From Utricularia gibba (Eukaryota; Plantae; Magnoliophyta), in contig NEEC01000015.1 of the NCBI GenBank assembly GCA_002189035.1, forward strand, positions 2,480,001 through 2,544,000: a stretch of DNA of 64,000 nucleotides, written 5' to 3'. A program made the position numbers and the translations under genes. The notes beneath the pieces are model-generated. The model saw nothing but the letters and a program-made list of their open reading frames with translations, did not search any database and was not told the DNA's origin. How positions within the stretch are numbered: position 1 is the first letter of the stretch; each line of letters opens with the position of its first letter. Shown one piece after another: positions 1-12,566 of this stretch.

Positions 1-654
1 TTGTTTTGGTGGAAGATGAGATACGCAAACGGGAGCAGAGTTGTTGATGAGGATTGCAGTTTTCTGCTGTTCTGGAAAAAGCCCCTTGCTGCTGCTCCTT
101 CGGTGGTGGTAAGGGAGGAGCAAGTTTCGGAGGAGGCTAGGGATTTGGAGAAGGCCGAAAGTAACAAAGTTTGGGAGAGCGATGAGAAATGCACTGAGGA
201 AAGCGTGGAAATGGAGCTGAGAAGAATGCATCAGCTACTGGGGCCGCCGAGATTTCTGTTCCCGATCAAAGAAGAGAGCAGAGAGGATCTGGAATCCGAC
301 CGTGGGACTGTGAAATCAAGGAGCAAGAGTCTGAGCGAAGGCTGCTTTTACAACATGGATGAGGATACATCTTCCTATTCATCGTTCAGGAGATCATTTG
401 ATTCCTACAGCAACATGGGTGTGAATCCCCTGTTCGAGTCCATGTCAGCGGACGAAATCAACAGGCTGAGATCATCTCCTCCTCCGAAACTCAAGTTCTT
501 GAGAGACGCAGAGGATAAGCTGATCAAAAAGACATTGATCCTGGAGTACGAGCAGAAGTTGAGAACCCAGAGCCAGAATCCTCAGCCCCAGATTTCAAGA
601 CACGAGGTCATCCACAGCTCTCAGGTTCTCCCTCTCTCGTCTTCCCCGACATAA
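1..654 (+). CDS. 3' part of an uncharacterised plant single-pass membrane protein (Arabidopsis At5g59350-like family); 5' end outside window
   Basis: Open frame from base 1 (LFWWK, end of a hydrophobic segment) to TAA at 654, with family-typical blocks ELRRMHQLLGPPRFLFPIKEESREDLES, GVNPLFES, SPPPKLKFLRDAEDKL and SSQVLPLSSSP. Confidence 0.7.
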   Translation: MFWWKMRYANGSRVVDEDCSFLLFWKKPLAAAPSVVVREEQVSEEARDLEKAESNKVWESDEKCTEESVEMELRRMHQLLGPPRFLFPIKEESREDLESDRGTVKSRSKSLSEGCFYNMDEDTSSYSSFRRSFDSYSNMGVNPLFESMSADEINRLRSSPPPKLKFLRDAEDKLIKKTLILEYEQKLRTQSQNPQPQISRHEVIHSSQVLPLSSSPT

Positions 655-2036
655 CCTGTTGATTCAGAGGACGACAAATGGCGCTCCTACATCCACCCCC
701 CAGCAGGCCCTTCAAGTTTACATTCTTTGAGGTGGAATCCCAACCCTTGTGTACGTTCCTGTTGGTTTGCAATCTGTACAGCAGTTTCCTTTTCGAAAAC
801 CCCAACCAGAGCCTGCAAGTCAATCCAAATGGGACTAGAAAGGGAAAGGGAAACAAAGCCATTCAATTCGAAAAAAAAAAAAAACATTTCCCCCCATTTT
901 CTTTAATCATCCGCCTCGGAGCACGGCATGATTGGTGATTGACGATTTCGTTTGTAGGTTTATATGGAGGTTTATGATGGGATTTAAAGATTTAATCTTG
1001 TTTAAAAAATAAGTTATAAATAAATTAAATTTTATCCATTTCCTTTATATAAACATGATACGAATAAAAATAAATCGAAATAGATATTTGATATATTAAT
1101 TTAATTATTTAAATATTCGTATATTGATAGCAATATATATTTAATAAATGAACGAGATATTTATTTTAACTCAACTTGTATGTGAGTTTCCAACCTAATT
1201 CATAAAATATCTACTTTAAACACATATATTCAGAATTTATCAATCTTAACCACATAATATGTATTTAAATAAATACATATAGCTCTAGGATATTATTAAT
1301 TATAATATCCTATCAAACTCACCTAAGCTAGAATTTCTTTTTCCATATTTTTAAAATTATAATTTATTTGGAGTTATTACAGGTCGATAGTGATACTCTT
1401 GATATAGATAATTAAACATGGAAGTCGTACCATTTGTGATGGTGGGGGATGAGGGGTTGGAGTCAAGTGATGGTGGCACGTCACGTAGCGGTCTAGTCGG
1501 GAATCATGTACAAAATACATGGCACGCGTGACACACGTTACTAAAAGAGACATGGGGGCGGGGGGAATCTGATAATGTTGGAGTGGGGCAAAAAGGGGAA
1601 AGCATAATTGATTGATTATTGGCGCTATTATTCAAACTCATAACGGCGTCGTTTAATGCGGGTACGCCCCTCCACTTATGGATCCACTCATTTTTTTACT
1701 GCTCTGTGTTTTTTTACCGTGCCTTTCACCACGGGGGATGGGGTGTCAAGATGAGTGCGATTAATTACCATGCTTTATTTACCTGCTTGTGCCGGGGAGT
1801 GAAAATAAGTAGGTTAATTGATGTCAAGACAATTTTGTTTTTTTTTTGGGAGGATAACGTTGACGGTAACGTTGACTTTGTGACGAGTAGGCAGCGGACC
1901 AAGACATTTCTCCGTCAATCAGTGTGGTCAATGGGGGAGGCGCTGGGTCCGATGCCAAGCAAGTGGATTGGGAGTGAAGCCTAATGCGATGTTGAAGTAG
2001 AAACGCGGAATCTTGAGTGCTTCGGAAGAATCAGTC

Positions 2037-5000
2037 ATGGCGGTGCTGCTGGAGGATCCCTGCGCTCCGGATATCCTTTCTGGGTTGTCGGGGACAGCGG
2101 GTCTCCTGCGAGAAATTATACCATCTCCGAGTTTCCGACCGGCGGATGCAGAAATGGTTCATTTGGTCGTGGGGAAGTCTGTGCAGAAGATGCGGGCTCT
2201 GCTACGCTGGACTTTTGCCCAATTCCCTGGGCATGAAGTTTGTTTGATTTGTGTTCATTGTCCCTCTAGCCGCGTTCCAACTTTATGTAAGCCTTTTAGT
2301 TGTGGTTATTTCTTTTTTTTTCTTTTTCTTTTTCTTTTTGTGTGTATGTGCGCTTGTTTTGTCCCCATCTGTTACTTTTTTTTATTGCTTAATTTTATGG
2401 GAATTTCGTGTAGTGGGTAAACTGCCGGCAAGTGGAGCAAATCCTGAAATGATGTTGGTTTGCAGATACGAGGAGAGAAAGATTGCAATGAACTTACTGT
2501 CAGTTTGTTTGACTATATGCAAAGTAGCCAGAGTATAGTTTTTTACTCTCCAACTCCTCATCACTACATAGTTTCATCCATTGGTTGATTCAAAATCATT
2601 AGCGATAAATCACAAGTGCTATGCCTTGATGATGTGATTTTCAAAATATGCAGGTCAAAGCAAGTGTTATTGCTGCTGAAGCTGACGAAATTCAGAAAGG
2701 GATCGTGAACTTGATAAAGCAGCATGGGATAAAGAAACTTGTCGTTGGAGCATTGCCAGAGTATGCCTCGTTGTACATATACATCTGTCTTCTTTGGGAT
2801 AGTGTATCATTTGTTTGTTATGCTTCACAAAGCAATGACTGCTGTCTGGTTAATTGATCAAAGATTAAGTATTGGTATTCTGAGTCCCCTGCTATTCCTT
2901 AAGGGATCTTGCTACATATGTAAACAGCTTCATGAAAGGGAAAAATAAGTCCTACGAGAACTGCTTTGCTGTAACGCACGCTCCTGAATATTGTGAGATG
3001 TGGTATGTGAACAATGGAAAGTTGATTTGGACGCGACAAGGGAAGAGCTCAAGTCTTGGTTTACCAATCCGTCAATCTGGAACCAAAACTGTGAGTGATT
3101 CGGAATCTTTATGCTTCTGGCTGGGATGAGGTTGTGTTCTTGTACTTCTTCATCTTGTTCCACTTCTATCCTGCAAATGCATGCGGGCTGCAGGAACGAA
3201 TATCTGCAGGCCCATGTATATGAAGTCAATTCAATCTTGTCCTATCATATGCAGCTCAATGCCAGTACGCCTGATTCACCATGTAACAGTGTTCAACCTA
3301 CAGCATCTAGTGGGAGAGCTGGTATTGCCTTTTTCTCGTCTGCATTTCAAGATTTATTTTTCTGTTATAGCTCAACATGATGGAAGATCTTTGGCGCCCT
3401 TCTTTTGCAGAAGCAGGTTCAGATTCCACTGAAAGTATAGATGAATCATACATCAAGCGCCTGGATCTTAAGCAACTAGAAGCTGAAGTTCTTGAAGCGT
3501 CTTATAAGGTTACCATGACATTCACACATACCTTTCTTTCAATGGGATACAAGAGTTCCTTCCTCAGTGCTCTGTTCTGTGATCTTTCGATTTTTCTGGT
3601 TTCTAATCTTGGTTTTAAAATTTACTACAAGGCGGAAGCATTCAAAATGGATCATTCTCAAGAAGTAAAGCTCCAGCAAGAAGCCCTTCGTCTCATGGCA
3701 AGAGAACAAGAGGAGCTATCAAGGGATAGAAAAGAAGCAACTCAAAAGTTGCAAAAGGTCTTGCTAGAAATAGAATGTCTAGATGGTCATCTGCTGGAAA
3801 CAAAGCTTCAGTGTGAGCAATTTACTGGAGAATTGAAGCTGATTCAAGCGTCCATCACTGCAACTAGGAAGGAGAAGCAAAAGCTTCTCCAACAGAAGAT
3901 GGATGCCATAAAATGGCTTGATAGATGCAGAAACATTCGAAAATCTGGAGATGAATCCGGGATCATGAGTCTTAGTTTGATCAATGACCTATCTGATTTA
4001 CCAGAGTTTGCATTATCAGATATTGAGACCGCTACATGCAATTTTTCAGACTCTTTCAATATAGGCCAAGGCTCAACAGGTGCAGTGTACAAAGGGGAGA
4101 TGCTGGGCAAGACTGTGGCTATAAAAAAATTTCATCTTTACAACCTGCCAAGGCAGATCGATTACAACGAAGTGGTAAATATTCTATATTTTCTCTCCAT
4201 TATATAGCAGGGATTGTAGTCTCCCCTTTTGTTAATGTTCTAGTTCTTTGAACACCTGTGCTTTGGTCCATGAAGGTTCAAGTTCTCAGCAAGCTGCAGC
4301 ATCCCCGCCTCGTGGAATTAATCGGAACATGCCTGGAAGCCTGGCTGCTCATTTATGAGTACATTCCAGGAGCTAGCCTTGACACTTACCTCTGTGGCAA
4401 TAAACTTAGTTCACTCACCTGGAAAACAAGAGTTCAAATCGTGGCAGATATAGCAAGCGGCCTTCTTTTCTTGCAATCCTTTAGGCCTCAGAAGCTTGTT
4501 CATGGGAATCTGAAACCTGAGAACTTGCTTTTAGATCATGAAGGCAGATGCAAAATGAGCGACTATGTTGATCATATGCTGACGGGCGGGAACAAGATCC
4601 GCTGTCCTAGCTTTCGTGGTTGCTCTTCATCTACTGAAGCTTCCACATTGCTGTATACTGATCCAGAGTCCCATAGAACCGGAGAAGTTTCCCAAAAGTC
4701 TGATGTCTATTCCTTTGGGGTAATCATACTTCAACTGCTTACAGGAAATATGCGAGGAACGGTCTCAACCGAGGCTCGTTGTGCATTCTCAAATGACAAC
4801 GTGGGAAAACTGTTGGACTCTTCAGCAGGAGAATGGCCGGACTACGTTGCTCGAAGGTTGCTGGAACTGGGGCTCCAATGCTGTGAAAGGAACAGCCGAG
4901 ACAGGCCTGAGCTCACTCCATCCGTCGTAAAGGAGCTGGAAAATATGGTCCTCTTGGAAGACCAAGCAGTCCCAGCCTTTCTCCAGTGCCCCATTCTCCG

Positions 5001-5272
5001 GGTACGTCCACTTTCCTTCACAGCACAGCAGGCAGACCATCGGCTTCACTGATGCTTTGTGTCGTTTTCATGGTGCGCAGGAAATGATGCATAGCCCACA
5101 AATGGCGGCAGATGGCTTCACATATGAAGGGGAAGCCATCCGCAGCTGGCTGGAAGCTGGGAACCAAACTTCTCCAATGACAAATCTGAAGCTCAGCCAC
5201 ACGAACCTGACTCCAAACCATTCCCTGAGGCTTTGCATTCAGGACTGGATACTTCACCTCAAAACCACCTGA
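2037..5272 (+). CDS. U-box E3 ligase with N-terminal USP/STK_N domain, coiled coil and kinase-like domain (PUB33-like class), multi-exon
   Basis: ATG 2037. USP-like exons (HLVVGKSVQKMRALLRW..LGKLPASGAN..IQKGIVNLIKQHGIKKLVVGA..CEMWYVNNGKLIWTR); kinase (EFALSDIETATCNFSDSFNIGQGSTGAVYKG..VAIKK..HGNLKPEN..SDVYSFGVIILQLLTG); U-box (FLQCPILR|EMMHSPQMAADGFTYEGEAIRSWL..TSPMTNLKL..PNHSLRLCIQDW), stop 5272. Exon boundaries between about 3090 and 3380 are uncertain. Confidence 0.88.
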
Positions 5273-5681
5273 TCTCCATTCAGTCCGTACATCAAAAGCC
5301 ATACACAGAAACCATTAGAATTGGATACAGTTTCATTTGTATATTAATTACAATAGTTACATACGAAATGCGATATTTATTCATTGTTTTTTTAGTTCAA
5401 AATTCTTGTCGGAGTTAATACCCAACCTCCTCCACCTAAATTTGCTATGTCCGAAGGTAGTTGTTAGTTGCATCAATGGAGATGGGCCCCGCACCCACGT
5501 GCTTTATTGTTTTTTGCATGCGTGTGACTTTTATATACATAAAATCATTTATTGCATTTTGGGTATTAATTTAATGATATTAAAATGCTGGATTAATGGA
5601 ATGATAGTGAAGAAGCAAAACTTGTTTCCTTTTATTCTTGTTGCTCTTAGCGACCTGTGAAAAGACAACAATGGTGTGGGA

Positions 5682-7911
5682 TCATGCCGAAGATCTCCAC
5701 ATTCTTCCCTCCAATGAAATGACGATGACGGAGACGTCATCGTGGTAGCGGCGTCGATCGCCTTGCGGGATCTCCAGGAGCTCGTGGAAGTCCATTCCTG
5801 AAATGTGAACCAAGGAGTGTAAGTTCAGCTCAATGGTGCACTGTGGTTGTATTTGCGAGGGACGTACCGGCAGTCTTGGCGGCGCGGAAGAGGAGCTCCT
5901 CGACCAAATGCTGAGCTGGGTCTCCCTCCGGCGACCATGACAGGAAAAGCTGAACTTCAGCGACGGCCTCTTCGTTGGTGAAGTACTGGTAGAGCCCATC
6001 GGAGGAGAGTATCAGGAACTGGTCTCGTGAAGAGAGTCTATGGTGATGCAGCCATGGCACGCAGTTGATGTACGAGGAGCTACCCACGTACTCAATCCTG
6101 AACATCTCTAGAAGTGCATTGTTCCAGTTCGGCTGTCAACAATAAAGTATCAGTTTCTCCCTTCGAATTCGAGGAAAAAGAAGAAGAAGAAGACAGCAAT
6201 TTCTGTGAAATGTGATTCACCTGTTTGAGAAATCCGGCTCCAAAGGCTCTGGTAACTTTCAATGAGCCTTTAACGCGCCCATTGATGACTGCGGATGCAT
6301 CATCCGGATGCTCTTTCTGGATCCTTGAAGTCTCCTCTTGCATCGAAGTGCTGTGCTCTGCTGTTAGCTGCAACGCTATGAGAGGATCATCAAAGGGATC
6401 TCCATCGAGATTCTGAAGATCGTGCAAGGTTTCCTCTTTTATTTTCTCAAGCTCCTGGCTCCAGATGTCTGGTTCCCTTTTTTGAGCTAAAATGGCTCTG
6501 GAATCGCCCACATTCATGATGTAAACATCGTCCTGTTTCATCACCATGACGAGAACGCAAGAACCCATTAACGACAGCTCGGGATTCTCCAGTAACATCG
6601 TATCAGCAATCTCGAGGTAAGATTCCTCTGTTTTCTTGAGGGCTTGAGACAGTGCTTTTAAGACGTCCTCGTGATTTGAAGTAGCTGAAGTTGATCTATT
6701 TTTGTTCAATCTCCGATCAAGTTCCAGTCTTTCACGGTCCCATTGGCACCTCCACCGCTTCTGATTCTCTTCCCATTTTTTAGCTACGCCTCTGTATTTG
6801 CTCTTCACGCTCCATTTTCTTTCCCCATACACAGCACCGGGATTTTGATCTTGTTCAGCAGCTTTTGAGCAACTTTCTTCCGATTTCTCTGCGGAAAGTT
6901 CTTCGCTGTGGGGACGATTAAAGTTGAAGTCTTCTTTTGCAGAGGTCGAATTTGAACGAGACAAAATCCGATCGCAGTCCTCCCCCAGAGAATGCCTTTG
7001 AGCTCTTTACGAACAGAAGAATACAGATTTGAGAGCAAGAAATCCGGCGCATCTGGGCCGTTGAAGCCGTCGTAAATCCCGACAAATACCCATCCTTCAT
7101 CTTCAGAAACCACGACATGAACTCTATCCTCGCCTGCTTTCCCTTGAGCCCACTCAAGATTCTGGACTTCTCGTGAATCATCGTCATCGTCATCTTCTAA
7201 ACTGAAACCAGTGGTGATAGTGAATTGATTTTTCTTCGGGATCCAGCTACCATTCTCCTTCATCTCTACAATTCCTTTAACCGGAGCAACGACGGAGTTC
7301 TGCCCACTTTTGATTCCTCTAGACAGAGCACGCTTAAGAACTCGAAGCAAAGAAACTTTTCTTAATCTCGATTGAAACACAAATCCGCCATGGGAATAGC
7401 TTCTAAGGAAGCGATTAGTTTCGACAAAGGAGGCTCTCTCAATGGGCCCTGACATAAATCCCCTCTCCAAAGGCCCCGAATTGGGGATAACCCCAGAACC
7501 AAACAAGGGTCCCGAATGAACAGATGAGTTTCTGGGTATGGGTTGAAGAGGAATAGACGCAAACGAATTCGAACTCTCGAAAGCCGAAGCTCTATCGTTG
7601 CAGGAGTAGAAATCAAGCAACGACGTCGAGAGCGGAGTGGAGGTGTTGGCGCTCACCGCGGCGCCAGAAATAGACTTAAACGTCGTCGTTGTCGGACAAG
7701 ATGTCCCCAGAGGATCAAGATGTTTGCAGTTTTGAGGGCGTATATAGCAAAATGAGTGCCCCAAATCATCAAATGCCTCGGAGATAACCATACCCACCTT
7801 GAGATCCCCGATGCGGCGGCGTCGGCGGCGAGCGGCGGACTCATTATCATGCTGTCGTGTAGAAGAAACTCCAGAGAAACAGAGGGCGAGCTTCCCAACC
7901 CCGTTACCCAT
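5682..7911 (-). CDS. PLL4/PLL5: POLTERGEIST-like protein phosphatase 2C (PLL4/PLL5 clade); one apparent frameshift at 6982-6986
   Basis: [12 protein letters not shown] (G2 myristoylation plus Cys), [74 protein letters not shown]|[46 protein letters not shown]. Three exons. The frame changes after ELKGILWG at a G5 run. Confidence 0.92.
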
Positions 7912-8162
7912 GGAGACAAACACCAGTGGCTTCAAACGATCATTCACAGCCTTGGAAGACCGAGGACGAGGAGAGCGAGGAAGTCTGCTCCCCCGGGTTG
8001 AGTGAAAGGGGAGGAGAAAGGGACCGTTGACTTACAGAGTGCTTGATTGAGGTAATAAAAACAGACAGAGGAGTTGGAATCAGGGCAGGGGGGAGTGGGC
8101 CCCATCCGCTTCGTTGCATATTTTTCAACCTCACGCGCCTCCATGTCCAACCTCCACCCACA

Positions 8163-8182
8163 CTCTCTCTCTCTCTCTCTCT
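8163..8182. repeat. (CT)10 microsatellite / GAGA-type element upstream of the PLL gene
   Basis: ctctctctctctctctctct seen directly, about 250 bp upstream of the PLL ATG. Confidence 0.9.
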
Positions 8183-8546
8183 TCCCATTTAATTTCTCCG
8201 ATATTTGTAGTACTTATCACCAATATTGTAATGTAACCGCACCTTAATTTAGTAAAACTCGCGTTTAGAAACCTTAATCCAACCGAACCGGTTCGGTCAA
8301 GGCAACCGGTTCAACACAGGGTGGAAAAGTAGGGAGGGGACGCGGTGCGGTTGGCGTACCGATAAGGTCAACGTCTTCAACTCGGCCGGCGTTGACTTTT
8401 GAGGACGGATTCTGCAGATCTGCTGCGGTCATCAATGGCTCCTTCCTACTCCATTATTCAACACCTACGCACGTCGCCTAGAAGCGTTTTGCCCGCTTCT
8501 TTCATTTCTGGGATCCGTACACAATTTCCAAGAGTAAAAAATAAGG

Positions 8547-8564
8547 GTGTGTGTGTGTGTGTGT
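8547..8564. repeat. (GT)9 microsatellite
   Basis: Seen directly, in the OEP16 3' region. Confidence 0.9.
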
Positions 8565-8619
8565 GGTGTGATTTATTCGTCCTTTGTTTATTATTCAACG
8601 TTCGACGGCGTGAATGGCG

Positions 8620-8649
8620 TTCTTCTTCTTCTTCTTCTTCTTCTTCTTC
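8620..8649. repeat. (TTC)10 microsatellite abutting the OEP16 stop codon
   Basis: Seen directly; it accounts for the poly-E/S/L/K shadow ORFs in the track. Confidence 0.9.
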
Positions 8650-9558
8650 AAGTGAGGTACTTGAGGAGCTCGTTGGCGGTGGCCACTGCGCCACCGGTGA
8701 GGGCGGTCATCACGATGCTGTCCCTGGGTTGGCCGGTCACCGTGGAAGCGACGGCTCCGGTTAAGGCGCCTCCGATGAGTGCATTTTTCTGCATGCAAAG
8801 GACGGTCTTGGTCATGTTTTCGTGGACAAAATGAGGTTATGGTTCATTCTACTTACCCAGTCTCTTGTACCTCGAATCCTCTCGACGCCCAGCTCCATTC
8901 CCACGTACAGACCAGCCACTGTCCCTGTAATGGATTCAAGAGTTAATGGCAATGGTGTTTTTGACAAGGATGGATCCGGTGGATGAACAAAGACAGATGA
9001 ATCACCCCAGTAAGCTCCATTCTTGCACATTTTCTTGAGCTGCGGATAACAAAGCCCATCAGGATGGCAATTCAAAGCACTGTTACAACAATAAAGATAT
9101 GTTACGGATCACGAATCCATCACCGAATGCTCGAAGTTGTGTCCGGAAACGTTCCCTATGAGACAGACAAAGAATCCTGTTACTTGGCACTCAAGTTGCA
9201 GTCTGCACACCTTCTTATTATAAAAAGGAAAGGAAGTAGAATAATTGCTTGTTTGAATACTCCATATAACACAAGTTAGGCAGATGATATCGAATAAGAA
9301 GCGTGCACACCTCTTTTTGCTATGTTATATGTTTCCTCTGCGGCTGCTCTAGCGGCGGCCACCTGAAGTGTCATCGTCCACATTATGTCATCACATGATC
9401 AGAAATGCATTCATCCACGTATGAGTACAGGGAAGAAGGGTTACCCCGCCGATCTTCAAGAAACCATCCACAGCGTGGTTCAAGAAGGGGTGACCCATAT
9501 CGACCATCAAGTTCACATTCGGCGACTTAAGAGATCCGGAAAACGAAGTCTGAGGCAT
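8648..9558 (-). CDS. OEP16-1: Chloroplast outer envelope pore protein OEP16-1 (Tim17/22/PRAT family), 6 exons
   Basis: Manually spliced: MPQTSFSGSLKSPNVNLMVDMGHPFLNHAVDGFLKIGG|VAAARAAAEETYNIAKRG|NVSGHNFEHS|LKKMCKNGAYWG|TVAGLYVGMELGVERIRGTRDW|KNALIGGALTGAVASTVTGQPRDSIVMTALTGGAVATANELLKYLT*, with GT-AG junctions. Confidence 0.9.
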
Positions 9559-10098
9559 TTTACAAGCCCTGTGCGTATTTTCCCCTTCTCTGTGGTGTTC
9601 TGTGCCGGTGCTGCAATGCCAAGTATATAGAAGTCAGAAGAGTAACCGAAATACAAGAAAACAAGGATCGGGTGACTTGTTAACCATATAGCTGTAAGAT
9701 GGGAGATGCACCCGCAATTTCGCAGTTACCAAGCATCACCTTGACCTTTTCATTTCCTAGTTCTATGCATTTTTATTCGCATTCTGATTCTCACTATGTT
9801 AATGCATTGCATGTCCCAGTGATGCATATAAGCATAAAATCACGAGAAAAGATTACATGCATCTAGAACAGATTTTGCACTCTCCAGTCAAAAGCCATTA
9901 TGACAACGTGTCCTGTATACCCAACCTTTTCACATAATGGTTAGGCTAAAACCCCAACGGGAACAAGCATACAGCTTCAACAAAGTGGTCAAATGGTGAA
10001 ACAGGCAAACGTGTTACAAGCCAAAAGAAACATAGAAAACAGTGAATAAGGAAGCCAGGAAACAATGTAGATGGCCACGAGCAATCCTTACAGCTTAT

Positions 10099-11058
10099 TC
10101 AGTCCTCTTTATGACGATGCCTTCTGCTCTTCTGAGAGCGGTCCTTGTCCCTTCCAACTCGGGAATGGTCATCAGGGTTAGAATCGGAACGGGAATGGCC
10201 CCTCCTATTCCTATTCCTATTCCTCCTCTTACGTCGGTGATCAGAAGTAGTATCAGACGAGTCGTTCTCTGAAACATGATGGCTCCTCCTCCTGCTCTTC
10301 TCCTTCCTACCCTGCCTGTCATTATGCCTACGATCCTTTTCCTCATCAGAGTAGTCATAGCCTTTTCTCCTCCTTTTCTCCCTTCTCTTCTTCTTTTCAT
10401 CATCTTCTTCGGAATGAGTGCACCCCTTATGAGCACTCCTTTTCTTAGACCTTCCCCTGTGCCTCCTCTCTCTAGTCTCCTCGTCCTTAGATTCATCGCT
10501 TTCATTCCTCCTGCAACTCTTATTACTTCGACCATTCAACCGTTTTCCAGACTTCTCGGCAAATGCCCTCTCTATCTCAGAGTCATAATCCGAATCAGAA
10601 CTCTCGCTCTCCTCCTCTTCACTGGTATCCTCACTTTCCACCGCAGGCTTTCCCCTTACTCTTTCCCCCTTGAGTTTCTCCAGACCAGATAGAACAGCAG
10701 CCTGAACTGCATCCGGATCCTTGCCTCCCCCATCCTCCTTGACACTTAAAAAGTTCCTACACTGAAACGTCAAATGCCCAACTCGCCCACACTTCTTGCA
10801 AGCACCACGTGCCTCATCAGCACTGGAGCCTGTTATGCGAGCCAGAGCAAGCAATCCCTGAAAACTGGCATAAGCATTCTCGGGCTCAGGCTCAGCAACA
10901 CTAGTCTTCTGAGAAGATTTATCCTTTTTTTCATCCTTGTTAGGCGCATATGGGTCATATCCAATAGCACTCTGCCATATTCCGTGGGTCTGTAGAGCAA
11001 CACTGCTGTGCACGCGATTGTTCGCAGGCATGCGAACCCTCCCAGCGGTGGCCGGCAT
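10099..11058 (-). CDS. CXIP4: CAX-interacting protein 4 (CCHC zinc knuckle plus Arg/Ser/Lys-rich tail), single coding exon
   Basis: Near-invariant N-terminus MPATAGRVRMPANNRVHSSVALQTHGIWQSAIGYDPY, SFQGLLALARITG, and GACKKCGRVGHLTFQCRNFL. Confidence 0.93.
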   Translation of the reverse strand: MPATAGRVRMPANNRVHSSVALQTHGIWQSAIGYDPYAPNKDEKKDKSSQKTSVAEPEPENAYASFQGLLALARITGSSADEARGACKKCGRVGHLTFQCRNFLSVKEDGGGKDPDAVQAAVLSGLEKLKGERVRGKPAVESEDTSEEEESESSDSDYDSEIERAFAEKSGKRLNGRSNKSCRRNESDESKDEETRERRHRGRSKKRSAHKGCTHSEEDDEKKKRREKRRRKGYDYSDEEKDRRHNDRQGRKEKSRRRSHHVSENDSSDTTSDHRRKRRNRNRNRRGHSRSDSNPDDHSRVGRDKDRSQKSRRHRHKED

Positions 11059-12566
11059 GCTGGCAAATTTTCAATACACCTGAATACATATAAAAGAACA
11101 TTGCAGGATAATTAACATAGGAGGGCACAGGAATAATCAAGGTGTTGGCAGAGAGCATGCAACATTAACGGTAACGAGGAAGGAAAGCTCGCAAGGCCCA
11201 TCCTTACAACTAATCACATCAACTGATCTCCAAACAATCTTCATTCTTTCACCAGCTAACCAGATTTTACGATAAAATACAATATTCACAGACACGATGT
11301 AGGCTTATCCATATGTCAATCGAGCTAAGCTGCAAAAGTAAATGACGGTAATCTGTAACGCTTAAAACAAGGCCTCCAAAAACCCATGAAACCACAGAAT
11401 ATCTACACACACTAGCGTTTAATGGCAATTACACAGTTTCATCAGCTTGAAACAAGGTTACATTTACAAGAAAAAAGTATTCACAAATTCATGAAGCGCC
11501 AAATCCGAACAAACTCATTCGAGAATCCCACGTCAATACACACACGCCCGAAATCCCACCATCTACAGCTAAAGGAAATATGACGAAGAATACATTAGCA
11601 ATCGTAACACATTTTCCATAAATCTAAAAAAAGGAGGTTTTGTCCGTAGGTTACACAGATCTGAATTGGCAACCTCAGTCGGTCGGAGCCTTCGTCCTCG
11701 TGGTTGCCCTTATCTGCTCCTCCTCCCGCTCCCGGTAACGCAGTGGCCTTCTTGGCTCGGATTATCGAGGACACCCACCCGACAGCGACAACTCAGCTAG
11801 AAAAACTGTCACACGCGTAAAATCAAGGCACACTGAAGCGAGTCATCAAGTTCCTCAAGTACTTATTTTTTAATTCACGATTTTACTTGGGCACATTGTG
11901 AAATAAAAAAGAATATTTTATTTCCAAACCAAAAAACGTAGTGGCCTTCTCCTTCCTCTGAATTTTGAAGCAACATTTTGTCACTTGGGAAGAAGAATGC
12001 AGACGATGCAGCAACAAGCGAGATGCTTTACAAACATTTACATACACCTTGGGGACAGCAGCTTCACAGGAAAACAGACACCCCCGATTCGCAGGTCTCA
12101 CTGGAAACGGTGTGGCCACGTAGCAGAATGAACTAAACCGGCCGCAAAGCCCCACACCAGAAAGAAGCATCTGCCACTTAAACAACCATTAGACAAAGCT
12201 CAAACAAATGATTCTTCTGCTAACTAAATCTCATGACTAAGAGATGCGAGTTCGAATGTCTAGACAGCGCATGAAGGGATCCATCATAAGGCACGGAGGA
12301 ATCCTACCTGCGCCTGAAATGGCAACTTATCCTTACATATAGTACACACTACATGTGTCTAGCTAATGAAAAAACAAAAAACAACAGCAACGTCTTCAGG
12401 GAATTCTCATAACAATAAATGAAAAATAAGTAGAAAATAACGTTCTTCGCAACTTCTAGGGAGTCTCCTCGCTAGTAATGGCAAAGCCTAGTCAACCCGG
12501 CACCAAAGGACAGGAAATGTAGCCAGGAGGGCATGAGATTTCACTTCTAAGGACTCTTAGGGACAT

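Noticed and set aside
8399-8834. Overlapping ORFs with poly-S, poly-E, poly-L or poly-K tracts
   Set aside because: All are readings of the (TTC)10 and (GT)9 microsatellites and the last OEP16 exon.
10042-10995. Several plus-strand ORFs of 73-146 aa opposite CXIP4
   Set aside because: Shadow ORFs produced by the low-complexity Arg/Ser/Lys/Glu codons of CXIP4; no independent motif.
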